This document shows positions 11,019 through 22,104 of a stretch of DNA of 26,694 bases, one piece after another. The translations under genes and the position numbers were made by a program. The notes below the pieces were generated by a model. It was not told the DNA's origin. It searched no databases and worked only from the letters and a program-made list of their open reading frames with translations. This DNA is from Octopus sinensis (lineage: Eukaryota). Within the stretch, counting starts at the first letter, position 1. Each line of letters begins with the position of its first letter. The DNA lies in assembly GCF_006345805.1 (NCBI RefSeq), contig NW_021834726.1, positions 1-26,694 of the forward strand, read 5' to 3'.

Positions 11019-11899
11019 TGTGTGTACATGTGTAAATTAATTCACACACACACAAACACACACACACACACATTTTTATACACATACATATATCAAGTAT
11101 TTATTCGTGATAATACAGTGTATATATATATATATATTTTTGTGTGTCTGTGTCTGCGTGTGCGTGTATGTATGTACGCATATATATATATATATATATA
11201 TATATAGGTATCTATCTATATTTCACATCCACATGAATATGTGCATATATGCATTTATATGCGCAAATATACTAATACACATATATGCTTATGTAAATAA
11301 GTGAGAGACAGAGAGATACAGGGGGATGATTGGAACATACGAGAGAGAGAGGAGTGCTAGAAAGAGGGAGGGCGAGAGACGGTGAGAGAGAGACAGACAG
11401 AGAGAGGTTCCGTGTGTGTTTAATCACAATGGGGAACAGCATAACTGGCTTTAAGGAGGTGTTTTCACAAATAGCGCTCAACAAATATTCATAAAATTAT
11501 GAATTACGTGGAACTACCATTCAATTCTATACATCCAATGAATAGACTGCAAGATCTAACCTCTTAAAATATCGGAAATATGCGTGATATTAGCTCGTAG
11601 TAATTACATATCTATGTATGTGTGTATACAAGTTTTAAATATATCGAATCACGTGTGACTGTTTCAGAGATACAGAAACTTCAAAACATTCGCAGTGTAA
11701 AAATTTTATTGTGGCCTTTGTAATATTTAATGCTTCATATAGATTTAGATATGCATATGTTGAATATTACTTGCATAGACATTTGTTCACACGAACGTGG
11801 GCGCACAGACACTTTCGCCCTACACACACAAACACACACATATGCATATACATATGTATAAAGATGAAACTTGTGTGGGCTGCAGACCTGCAGATTTTG

Positions 11900-11915
11900 A
11901 AACGAATACACCCAT

Positions 11916-11980
<65 letters not shown>

Positions 11981-12325
11981 GATATATACATTTTCTATAT
12001 GTATATATATATACCGTTTATATTTCTCTCCCCACTCTCTCTCTCTCTTTCTATATATATATATATATATATGTATAAACACCATATATATGTATATATT
12101 ATATATATGATATATAAGATTATATATAATATTCTAATATATAATACCTGTACATCATCTCCAACCCTCCAATATATATAATATATATATATATATTAAT
12201 ATATATATATATTATATATATATATATAATATATATATAATATATAGGCATGTATACACATAATTACCTATGCACATATTCATACATACATACATATATA
12301 TATATATCTATATATATATATAAAT
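11900..12325. repeat. Mixed (TA)n/(TACA)n/(TC)n low-complexity block
   Basis: Directly visible. Confidence 0.9.
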
Positions 12326-12651
12326 TGAGACACCCATATATTCATGTAGAGTAAGCTGCATGAATACAAAACATACAAATTTGTGTGAGTATTGAAACGC
12401 TCTCCGAAATGTTGCGTGTAGGGAGATTTTCAGAACGAGTTAACACAGAATGGGAGTTTCATAGAAAACACATGTAGAGTGGTTATTGTGAGTTTGAAGT
12501 GAGTTGTTACTCGGCTGGATATTTTTATTGGTCTGTTTAATTAATTTCATATGAACACACCACAGACACACACATACACACATATGTAGGCAGAGAATCT
12601 CATACACCACAACATATATATACACGCACACACGCGTACACACGCGCACTC

Positions 12652-12689
<38 letters not shown>

Positions 12690-12701
12690 AGTATGTATGT
12701 C

Positions 12702-12850
12702 GGGCGTGTGTAGTAAGAAGCTTTTTTCCCAACCGCATGGTTCCAGGTTCAGTACCACTGCGTGGCACCTTCGGCAAATGTCTTCTAATATAGCCACAGG
12801 CCGACAAAATTCTTGTGAACAGATCTGGTAGAAAGAAGCCCGTCTCATAT
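12702..12850 (+). mobile_element. Family-B SINE 5' half
   Basis: gtgtagtaagaagcttttttcccaaccgcatggttccaggttcagtaccactgcgtggcaccttcggcaaatgtcttct..agaagcccgtc aligns with 4127-4290. Confidence 0.85.
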
Positions 12851-12852
12851 AT

Positions 12853-12921
<69 letters not shown>

Positions 12922-13002
12922 TATGTGTACATATAGTTACATATCCACATATTCATATATTCATACATTCATACATACATACAAATATACTTACATAAAT
13001 AC

Positions 13003-13036
<34 letters not shown>

Positions 13037-13054
13037 GCACAAACACACACACAC

Positions 13055-13120
<66 letters not shown>
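12851..13120. repeat. (CA)n/(TA)n compound microsatellites
   Basis: Directly visible. Confidence 0.95.
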
Positions 13121-13123
<3 letters not shown>

Positions 13124-13397
13124 CAGAGCTATAGTAGCATACACTCGGACCAGGTGCTGAACCTAATGCCCTGTCTTTTTGGGAGCAATTTTTTCTGCAA
13201 CAGAGTCACTTCCGCGGAGCATTATTTTGTAATCAGTTATTGCTCTAATCGTTGACCTTTGGTGCCTGTTTCATGCTATCTGACTTGACTCTATGCATTT
13301 TGGAGGTTCTTTGATATACCCGTTACATAATTCTCGCGTCACATAACGTAAACTTACAACGCATTGTAAAAGGAGATAACGTTTATAAAATATGTAG

Positions 13398-13458
13398 CAG
13401 TTACGCACTGGTATCGATGTAATTCAGTTGACGACCCGCTCAAAAATTGCTGGCCCTC
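13398..13458 (+). mobile_element. Family-A SINE 3' fragment
   Basis: cagttacgcactggtatcgatgtaat..aaaattgctggcc matches the family-A 3' part. Confidence 0.7.
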
Positions 13459-13463
13459 TACCC

Positions 13464-13680
13464 ATTTCTTTACTACCCAAAAGGGGTTAAACGGAGAGGA
13501 GACAAACAAGGACAGACAGATGGATTTAGTCGATTATATCGGCATCAGTGCGTAACTGGTACTTATTTAAACGACCCCGAAAGGATGAAAGGCAAATTCG
13601 ACCTCGGTGGTATTTGAACTCAGAACGTAGCGGCAGACGAAATACGGCTACGCACTTCGCCCGGCATGCTAGCGCGCCGA
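13464..13680 (-). mobile_element. Family-A SINE, near full length
   Basis: Aligns throughout with 21787-22017, including the 3' end ..gggtagtaaagaaat. Confidence 0.9.
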
Positions 13681-13759
13681 CTTTGCTGGTCTGCTACCAC
13701 AACACAAGACCATTATTAAGAAGTGATCAATGGTGGTGAACTGAAAGAGTCATTAGCAC

Positions 13760-14035
13760 GGCAACAATATGTCTTGCAGCATTTCTTTAGATTTTTCAAT
13801 TCGGTTTCAAATACTCTGCAGATCGAATTTGCTTTTCATCCTGTCCGCAGGAGAGAAAATAGATACAAGTTACCATTTCTACAGATTTACATTCTTAGTT
13901 TTCTATTCTGTTCAGGTCGATTTTGACTTACATCTTTTCGGAGGTCGATAGTTTAATGACACTCTCAAGCATTCGGCATATAAGCGATGAACCACGCCTC
14001 AAAAATTTCAGGCTTTGTACCTATTATGGAAAGAG
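13760..14035 (+). mobile_element. Degenerate family-A SINE pieces
   Basis: tttcaaatactctgcagatcgaatttgcttttcatcctg (B box plus central domain) and aaaatttcaggctttgtacctattatggaaag (3' end). Confidence 0.5.
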
Positions 14036-14124
14036 AGAAATATCTTAAGAAGCAATGGATACCACTTTAACTAAAACATTCCCAGCGTTCAATGGTCGTT
14101 TTCCAAAGATTGGGTTATCGAGTT

Positions 14125-14320
14125 AAGGTGCATGCTTATTGGTTAAGATGGTCGAGTCATGATCGTATGGTTCTGAGTTCAGTTGCCGGCAGCGAGTTCC
14201 CTCATTGAGCAAAATACTCTATTAAACTCTGTCCCAGTCCATTCAGCTGGGAAAACCAGTAACGCCTACGTTTCAAATGGTAAGCTTCTCACATTCCGTG
14301 TTACGCTCCATTTCCCTTGT
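14125..14320 (+). mobile_element. Old tRNA-derived SINE with a CORE-like segment (family distinct from B)
   Basis: A-box-like gcatgcttattggttaag, B-box-like tgagttcagttgcc, and cattgagcaaaatactc..cccagtccattcagctg. Confidence 0.6.
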
Positions 14321-14334
14321 CACAAGGCTGAAAA

Positions 14335-14515
14335 TATCGGTGGAGGGTCAAGTCGATTGTATTGACTCCAGTAGTCTACTGGTACTATTTTTAACGACCC
14401 CGAAAAGGATGAAAGGAAAAATCAACCCCAACAGCATTTGAACTAAAAACGCAAAGACGGACGAAATGCCGTAATCATTTGGCCCAGCTTGTTAAAGTTT
14501 CTGTCATCGCGCCAT
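14335..14515 (-). mobile_element. Old family-A SINE
   Basis: aacgaccccgaaaaggatgaaagg..tttgaactaaaaacgcaaagacggacgaaatgccg aligns with the other family-A copies. Confidence 0.75.
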
Positions 14516-14984
14516 GCTGTAATGCGATCCTCTATATTCTCAATTACCACCGTCTAGTGTGTAAACAACAACAATAAGAAGAGAAAGTGGATGGTCTTAC
14601 ATTACAACGAAGGACGTAACACAACGTAAATATCTCCGACCTACACTATTATGAGACAAAATAGTGTACTATGTAAGAAAATGTAACATGACCTTAGATT
14701 TTCAGTCGGAATCTGTAGATAAGAGTCACTAAGCAAACAAGATGTGTTAGACGAAAATAAAATTTTATTTATAAATAAAATATAAAAGTGCAATCAACGC
14801 AAACCAAAGTTGTTAATCAAATAAAAATTTCCCAATGAATTTTAAAAATAAAGAACAAAAAAAAAGGCGAAACAAAAAAACTATTTAACTGACACGCAGA
14901 AACACTGACGAAAGATAAGATTTTGCAAAACAGAGCGTCTACTGAAATTAAAGCGTAGGTATACGTGTGTTTATATATGTACGT

Positions 14985-15007
14985 ACGTACGTACGTGCGT
15001 ATGTATG

Positions 15008-15040
<33 letters not shown>

Positions 15041-15440
15041 GTGTATGTATGTGTGTATGTATGTTTGTATGTATGTATGTATGAATGTATGTATGTAGAT
15101 ATATATGTATGTATAGATGGATGTATATGGATATACATATATTGACGTATATATATACATGTATTCATATATATTCATGTATATATATAATATATATATT
15201 ATATACACTACACACACATATATTTATGTATATATACATATATTATATATATATATATATATATATGTATACATAGATACATATATGACATATATATCTT
15301 TATATATCTATCTATATATGTCTATACATATATATATATCTTATATATTATATATATATATATATATTATATATATTATATATATATAATATATATATAT
15401 ATACATATATATATATACATACATATATATATATAACATA
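14985..15440. repeat. (TATG)n and (TA)n low-complexity block
   Basis: Directly visible. Confidence 0.92.
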
Positions 15441-15578
15441 ATAACATTCACACACACAGACATCTATTAAGTGAACGTAGGTAAGAAAAGTGTGGCTAGG
15501 TAGGTATGTATGTAGGCTGCGATCATTTTTCGCCTTCTCAAAATGGTTGTCATGTCACGCTGTTTCTTGTGAGGATTT

Positions 15579-15722
15579 AGCCAATCAGAACAACCCATAG
15601 GTGGCTGATAATTCATTTGCACATAGGAGGTATAGATATAACTATTGCAGCTAAGTTTGCAGATCAATAGGGGAGGTAAAAACAACAAATAAAAATGGAG
15701 AAGTATAACCGTCTGTATAAAT
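15579..15722 (+). promoter_or_regulatory. Candidate promoter/enhancer motif cluster
   Basis: NF-Y-type AGCCAATCAG at 15579-15588, a GATA site TGATAA at about 15605, an octamer-like ATTTGCAC at 15615-15622 and TATAAAT at 15716-15722, all in a non-repeat island. Motif matches only. Confidence 0.2.
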
Positions 15723-16059
15723 TTAAGTAAACAATTTAAGAAAAAAAACAATCAAACACAGAAACAAACCTGTGTAACAAGTAGAAACAAGAATAATACG
15801 AACGAAAGGAGAAATAATTGTGGTAGTAACGACGGCGGTGTGAAGAGATTCGATGTTTGCAGACGAAGTGAAGTAAGAGAGAAAAGAAAGGCAAGGAAAG
15901 AGAATTCGAGGAAGGAAAATACAAAACAATACAAAATAGATACAGAAATATATAAAAAAAAGCGTAAAGAAAAAAAAAAAAAAGAATATATATAGTGTGT
16001 GAATGACTTGACAACATTCTCAACATCTACAACAAGATTACCAGGATGTATAAGTGATA

Positions 16060-16174
16060 TGGAGACACACACACACATACATACACATACACACACATAT
16101 ATATGCATACATACATACATACACACACGTTATATATATAACATATAACATATATATATAATATATACATATAC

Positions 16175-16216
<42 letters not shown>

Positions 16217-16258
16217 ATATACATATACATAGTATATATATATATATTATATATATAT

Positions 16259-16290
<32 letters not shown>

Positions 16291-16442
16291 ATATAATATG
16301 TATGTATATATATATATATACAGCTTCATTCTCACATAAAAAAACTTGCTCATACACATTTGTGCACACTGCCAAAAGCACATAGATACACAGATGTATA
16401 CATCTTATATATACATATACATATACACCTACATACAAACAT

Positions 16443-16486
<44 letters not shown>

Positions 16487-16630
16487 CAAAGCGGAGTTGT
16501 GGGTTACATATATGTATGTATATATATATATACACATAAGTACATATAATATATTTCATGCACTCACGTATTCGCACGCACACAAACGCATACATGCGCA
16601 CGCATACATACACACACACACACGCGCGCA
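16060..16630. repeat. (TA)n/(CA)n low-complexity block
   Basis: Directly visible. Confidence 0.9.
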
Positions 16631-16819
16631 CACTTACATATGCACACGCGCTTGGGCAAATTCACCGCTTTTTTTATTCTTCCGAACTTGATCGATATGA
16701 TGACGAGTCAGACTTGACATATATTGCATTTATTTGCTATCTGTCTGCGTGAGTGTCCCGCGCTCTCTCTCTCTTCTCCTTTCTCCCACTTACTCCATCT
16801 CTTACGCACACACACACAT

Positions 16820-16878
16820 ACGTATATATATATTATATATATATATATATATAATATATATATATAATATATATATAC

Positions 16879-16931
<53 letters not shown>

Positions 16932-16986
16932 CATACATATATATATATAACAAATATATATATATATGAATATTATATAATATATA

Positions 16987-17053
<67 letters not shown>

Positions 17054-17058
17054 AATAA

Positions 17059-17093
<35 letters not shown>

Positions 17094-17108
17094 TATAGAT
17101 ATATATAT

Positions 17109-17151
<43 letters not shown>

Positions 17152-17156
17152 GATAA

Positions 17157-17187
<31 letters not shown>

Positions 17188-17232
17188 GATTAGATAAATA
17201 GATAGATAGATAGATAGATAGATATATAGATA
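16820..17232. repeat. (TA)n followed by (GATA)n (about 16995-17232); 3' flank of the Tx1-like insertion
   Basis: Directly visible, with GATAAATA and GATATATA variant units. Confidence 0.97.
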
Positions 17233-18395
17233 TGTTTCTTTATTAGCCACACAGGGCTGCACACAGATAGAACAAATTACAAGGTAGAGCTTTTCTTTTG
17301 AGGTTATTTAAAAAAAAAAAAAAAGGAAGGGGGAGTTTCGATCAAAAGGGATCGAAAAAAAGAGAAGAGAAAGAGGACAAAAAAGGGGGGTTAAAAAAAA
17401 AAAAAAGGGGGGGAGAGAGGAAAACAAAAAATTGATCAATAGGGATCGTTATCACAGAAATGTCAATATGAAGTGTAAAGGGGAGGACAGGTGAGGTTTA
17501 CCCGTGGAACGAAAAGACTACGGAAAAGACCACGGTAACCTCGGTCAATGAAGGTCACATTTTATATTCCTTTTTTTTTTTTTTTTTTTTTGCAAATAAG
17601 CAACTCTCTGTTTTCGATTTCTGGGTTCATAGGACTATGCTCAAGGTGGCTTCGTCATTCATACGTGCCATTCTTGCTACATTCACCCATCTTTTTTTAA
17701 AACATTCGCTAGACAAAATTTGCCTCTCTACTCTCACTTTCCTTTTCAAGTGGTACTTGAAGAAGTTGATGAGAGATTGACCAGAGAGGAAAGTGTTTGT
17801 CTCCAATCCTTTCAGACGCGTCCACCAGATACATTCTTTCGCCATAGCCACAAGGATGATGAAAATAGCTCTTCCTTCCCGTTTGAAGGAAGGAGGCGTG
17901 ACAATATTGACGATAGACTCAGCTGATAACCGACTCGTCCCACACGTGACAGCAGTTGTTCGACATAAGCCCACAGGTCGGAAATTGTTGGACACTGAAC
18001 GAGTGCGTGCAGAACGGTTTCGTCGCTCTGACCGCATCTCGGGCAGGTCGGCCCCGTGTTTCTCGAGCCGTGTCTGTAGAGCTTATCCCGAACGGGTAGC
18101 GCTTCTCGGTAGCACTGCCAGGCCAGGGATCTCTGGAAGTTGTCCATGGGCCCTGGCCCGAAAGTCGTCCCGAACAGGCGGGTCAGGTACTCCTCGTCGA
18201 CGTCCAGGTTCGCCCCGAGCTCGTCGTCGTACCTCCCCTCCACTAAACCCCTATAGAATGCTTTGGTTGTGTTGAAGTCACTTAAGGTCGACCCAGGACG
18301 GCAGAGTTGCTTGAGAGCAACGCGACACTCGCGGTGCCATTCGCCCTTCCTCGGCCTCTTTTTGATCCACGACTGCAGTTCGGTCATGGAGACGA
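17233..18395 (-). mobile_element. 5'-truncated L1/Tx1-clade non-LTR retrotransposon (ORF2 C-terminus plus 3' UTR)
   Basis: ORF2 remnant from 18395 to a stop at 17629-17627 contains a zf-RVT-like CCHC knuckle, ALPVRDKLYRHGSRNTGPTCPRCGQSDETVLHALVQCPTISDLW. A 1-nt frameshift near 17935 (VGRV/RLSAESIV) joins it to ...AMAKECIWWTRLKG...RWVNVARM. The roughly 390-nt pyrimidine-tract 3' UTR ends AATAAAgaaaca. A 16-bp TSD gatagatatatagata lies at 17217-17232 and 18396-18411. Confidence 0.92.
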
Positions 18396-18412
18396 GATAG
18401 ATATATAGATAA

Positions 18413-18463
<51 letters not shown>
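18396..18463. repeat. (GATA)n microsatellite; 5' flank of the Tx1-like insertion
   Basis: Directly visible. Confidence 0.95.
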
Positions 18464-18859
18464 TCCATGTGTATATATATATATATGTACACATTCGCAA
18501 TATATATCAAGGTATATCTAACAATTCCCTACAAAGAACAAACTCAAGACATTCTGTCTGTGACAGAGCAGAATAATTCTTCTAAAAGAGACGCGTGACC
18601 GAATTGTATTTCATTCTGTTCGACCTTTTCTCTTAATACGTTCTTCGGAACGTTGCATGAAACACTGTGTATAAACACATGACCCGCTTAGTGCTGACTT
18701 ATCTATAGGCGAGTTTTGATTGTATATCGTGGGCCCAGTCATCGGTAGCTTTCTGTTCGTTCAATGCTTAAAATGTAGATCGACCCGTATGACGGTGTAG
18801 CTTAGTAGAAATATTGATGGGGACAGCTACAGCAACCGCGGCATGGCAGAGAAATACTA

Positions 18860-18967
18860 TATAACATAGCGGCGTCGATAAATTGAATGCCAATTCAGTA
18901 ATGGGGTCGCTCAAAGCGACTAGACGCCTCCCCCAAATTTCAGGCCTTGCGCCTATAGTAGAAAAGA
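18860..18967 (+). mobile_element. Family-A SINE 3' part
   Basis: gtcgataaattg..ggggtcg..cgactag..cctcccccaaatttcaggccttgcgcctatagtagaaaagat, running into a (TTC)n tract. Confidence 0.7.
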
Positions 18968-19153
18968 TTCTTCTTCTTCGTCTTGTTCTTGTTCTTGTTC
19001 TTCTTGTTCTTCTTCGTCTTGTTCTTCGTCTTGTTCTTGTTCTTGTTCTTCTTCTTCGTTTCTTCTTCTGTTCTTCTTCTTCGTTTCTTCTTCTGCTCCT
19101 TCTTTATTTTCTTCTTCTTCTTCTTCTTCTTCTTCTGATTATTATCATTATTA
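18968..19153. repeat. (TTC/TTG)n grading into (ATT)n microsatellite
   Basis: Directly visible. Confidence 0.95.
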
Positions 19154-19154
19154 T

Positions 19155-19358
19155 GAAGGCTACGAGCCGGTCAAATCGTTACCATACTGGACAAGATGCT
19201 TACAGACATATCTTCCGTTATTGACTTCTCTGTTCAAATATCGCCGAGACTAAATTCGCTTTCATCCTTTCGGGCTCTGCAAAGTAAGTACAATTTGAGT
19301 AATCGATTCGCCCTCACTATCTCTAAAATTTCACGTAATGTGCCTAATTTCGAGTAAC
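19155..19358 (+). mobile_element. Old family-A SINE
   Basis: aggctacgagccggtcaaatcgttacca..ctgttcaaatatcgccgagactaaattcgctttcatcctttcggg..aaaatttcacgtaatgtgcct. Confidence 0.75.
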
Positions 19359-19363
19359 CGTCG

Positions 19364-19409
<46 letters not shown>

Positions 19410-19676
19410 CATCATCATCAGCATCATCGCCACAACCATCATCATCATCATCATCATCATTATCATCATCATCATCACCAACACCATCATCATTATCATC
19501 ATCGTCGTCACCATCGTCATCATAATCATCATCATCCCCATCATCACCAACACCATCATCATCTTCATCATCATCCCCATCATCACCAACACCATCATCA
19601 TCATCATCGTCGTCATCATCATCATCATCACCACCATCATCATCATCATCATCACCATCATCATCACCACCACCAT

Positions 19677-19721
<45 letters not shown>

Positions 19722-19742
19722 ATATCATCATCATCATCATCA
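19359..19742. repeat. (CAT)n microsatellite with CAC/CGT variants
   Basis: Directly visible; source of the poly-His, poly-Asp and poly-Met ORFs. Confidence 0.97.
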
Positions 19743-20157
19743 AAGGCGTGAACCTTATATGCCTGTTAGCAATTTTATCATGAAGACATAATCACAGTCA
19801 TCATTATCATGGCTAATATGTAATAGTAGTAGGTAATCTATCCTACTCTTCCTGATTCTACTCACCCTTCTACTCTTCTTCTTCTTCATCATCATCATCA
19901 TCGTCATCATCATCGTAGTCATAGTAACCCTCATTATCATCATCGCTATCGAGATCACCGTTTATATTTGCTCATAATTTATTGCATGTTACGTTTCTTT
20001 AAGCTTTTTCCCCCATCGGTCAAATATTCAGGAAGATTATCCTGATATAGATTTTCGATCCTCGCTATAAACAAATAAAAACAGAAGAAAAAGAAATCAT
20101 TTAATAAAATATTTTAATGAAGGTCTAAGAAAATAACCTGAAAAAAAGGAATAAAAC

Positions 20158-20177
20158 AACAACAAAAACAACAATAA

Positions 20178-20240
<63 letters not shown>

Positions 20241-20392
20241 TAATAATAATAATAATGATAATGATAATAATAATAATAACAATAATGATAATAATAGTAA
20301 TAATGATAATAATAATAATAATAATTATAATAATAATAATAATGAAAATGATAATAATAATAACAATAATAATAATAATATTAATAATAGTA

Positions 20393-20427
<35 letters not shown>
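20158..20427. repeat. (AAT)n microsatellite
   Basis: Directly visible. Confidence 0.97.
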
Positions 20428-20864
20428 TGGATCATACACACGTAAAGAAGCTCCCTTCATTATATTTATTATTTTTTCTTTTTCCTTTTCTAAATTCATG
20501 CGATATCTTTCTAAAAATTCCTCCCTATTATAAAAAAAAAGGCAAAAGTAAAACAGAGTTATCGGGAACGTGTGTGATGGAAAAATTAATTACAATATTA
20601 ATTAGCTGTCATTACATGGGAATTAACATTAAATCTGTTTAGAAATACCAACAGATTTCTTCAGTAGATTTCATCACAACTGGTCGGTTTGATAAGAAAC
20701 AGTTGCGGTTGAAGTTGTTGAATTTAATTTGTATCAGCTTCACTCAAATAAAGTGGTCGCGGTTTCGAATCTGATTACCGTCACTTCTGTTTCCCTTTAC
20801 ATCGATGAACAAACACTCTAATACTTTCGACCTGATTTTAGCTAAAAATTTATTTGGATATTGA

Positions 20865-21055
20865 GGGATGTGTTAGCAAGCCTGGAAAATTCTTAGCGGC
20901 ACTTCGTTCGTCCGTATGTTATGAGTTAAGTGCCGCCGTAATCCAATTTGCCTTTCATCCTTTCTGGTTCGATTGCTCCATTTGAGGACTTGAGTCGATG
21001 TAACTGACTTACTCCCTCCTCAGAAATTGCAGGCCTTGTCTTAAAATCTGAAGCT
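20865..21055 (+). mobile_element. Old family-A SINE
   Basis: gttagcaagcctgg..cttagcggcacttcg..tttgcctttcatccttt..gtcgatgtaactgactta..aaattgcaggccttgt. Confidence 0.75.
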
Positions 21056-21074
21056 AATATTAATTTAAATATTT

Positions 21075-21270
21075 TAATGAAATGTCCTGGCAACGTCGTT
21101 ACCCCGTTTCAACGTTCTGAGTAAAATTATTGCCGAGATTTGACTTTGCCATCCATCATTTCGGGAGTGGGGTAAATATGGTAAGATCTGTACCAGATGA
21201 GCACTGCGACCAATGTAAGTGCCTATCTCCACAAAATCTCAAGCTCTGTGCCATATCATTTTGGGAAGGG
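21075..21270 (+). mobile_element. Old family-A SINE
   Basis: acgttctgagtaaaattattgccgagatttgactttgccatccatcatttcggg..aaaatctcaagctctgtgcc. Confidence 0.65.
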
Positions 21271-21454
21271 GGTTTATCACATTTATCGATCCAATTAATA
21301 AACTGCTTCTTTATTCCCCTCAAGCTTCTTGCTCTCCAACTAAATGTAAAAATAATACCGCGATAAAAAACAGCTGATTACTTGAAAAAAATCTATATTA
21401 GCCTGAAGCGGAACATGCCTTGTTATAGATATGCTAACTGTGATGACTTAAAAT

Positions 21455-21592
21455 ATTTACACAAGACAAACATTTTCGGAGGAGGAAATCTAAAGTTGAC
21501 CTGGAGAAATTTAAACTCAGAACGTAAAGACAGCCGAAATGCCGTGAAGCGTTATTGTCACGTGTGCTAACGGTTCTGCCAGCTCACCGACT
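21455..21592 (-). mobile_element. Family-A SINE, internally deleted
   Basis: aaagttgacctggagaaatttaaactcagaacgtaaagacagccgaaatgccg..gtgctaacggttctgccagctcacc. Confidence 0.8.
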
Positions 21593-21699
21593 TAGAGGCA
21601 TATGTATAATAATTAACGACAGTTAAAACAGTAGCCTCACTGTTGTGTAGTTATGTAATGTTTGGATACAGTGTCTACATATGCGGGATTTGCAAAGTA

Positions 21700-22085
21700 T
21701 CGACGAAAGATTTTGATAAGTATTTAAAGATGAAAGGATAGGAAGAAAGTCATTTGAACACCGGAATTAAAGGCAGACGAAATACCTATTTCTTTACTAC
21801 CCACAAGGGGCTAAACACAGACAGGACAAAGAAGGACAGACAAACGGATTAAGTCGATTATATCGATCCCAGTGCGTAACTGGTACTTAATCTATTGACC
21901 CAAAAAGGATGAAAGGCAAAGTCGACCTCGACGGAATTTGAACTCAGAACGTAGCGGCAGACGAAACACCGCTAAGCATTTCGCCAGGCGTGCTAACGAT
22001 TCTGCCAGCTCGCCGCCTTTCCAGACGAAATATCGTTAAGCACTTTGTGCGGTGCGTTAACGAGATTCCTAACTCACCACCTTCA
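21700..22085 (-). mobile_element. Old family-A SINE split by a younger family-A copy
   Basis: The head lies at 22021-22085. Its continuation (tctgcctttaattccggtgttcaaatgacttt..cctttcatc on the minus strand) resumes at 21784-21700. Confidence 0.65.
21787..22017 (-). mobile_element. Young full-length family-A SINE
   Basis: ggcggcgagctggcagaatcgttagcacgcc (A box), gagttcaaattcc (B box), central gtcgactttgcctttcatcc..aagtaccagttacgcactggg, and 3' end ccccttgtgggtagtaaagaaata. An 11-bp TSD cagacgaaata lies at 21774-21784 and 22022-22032. Confidence 0.95.
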
Positions 22086-22104
22086 AGATTTTAACAGAAG
22101 TCGT

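Noticed and set aside
17793-18275. 160-aa plus-strand ORF
   Set aside because: It is the antisense shadow of the GC-rich Tx1 ORF2.
19234-19751. Poly-Asp, poly-His and poly-Met ORFs that look like metal-binding or biomineral proteins
   Set aside because: They are translations of a (CAT)n SINE tail, and the non-repeat part of the 169-aa ORF is the antisense of a family-A SINE.
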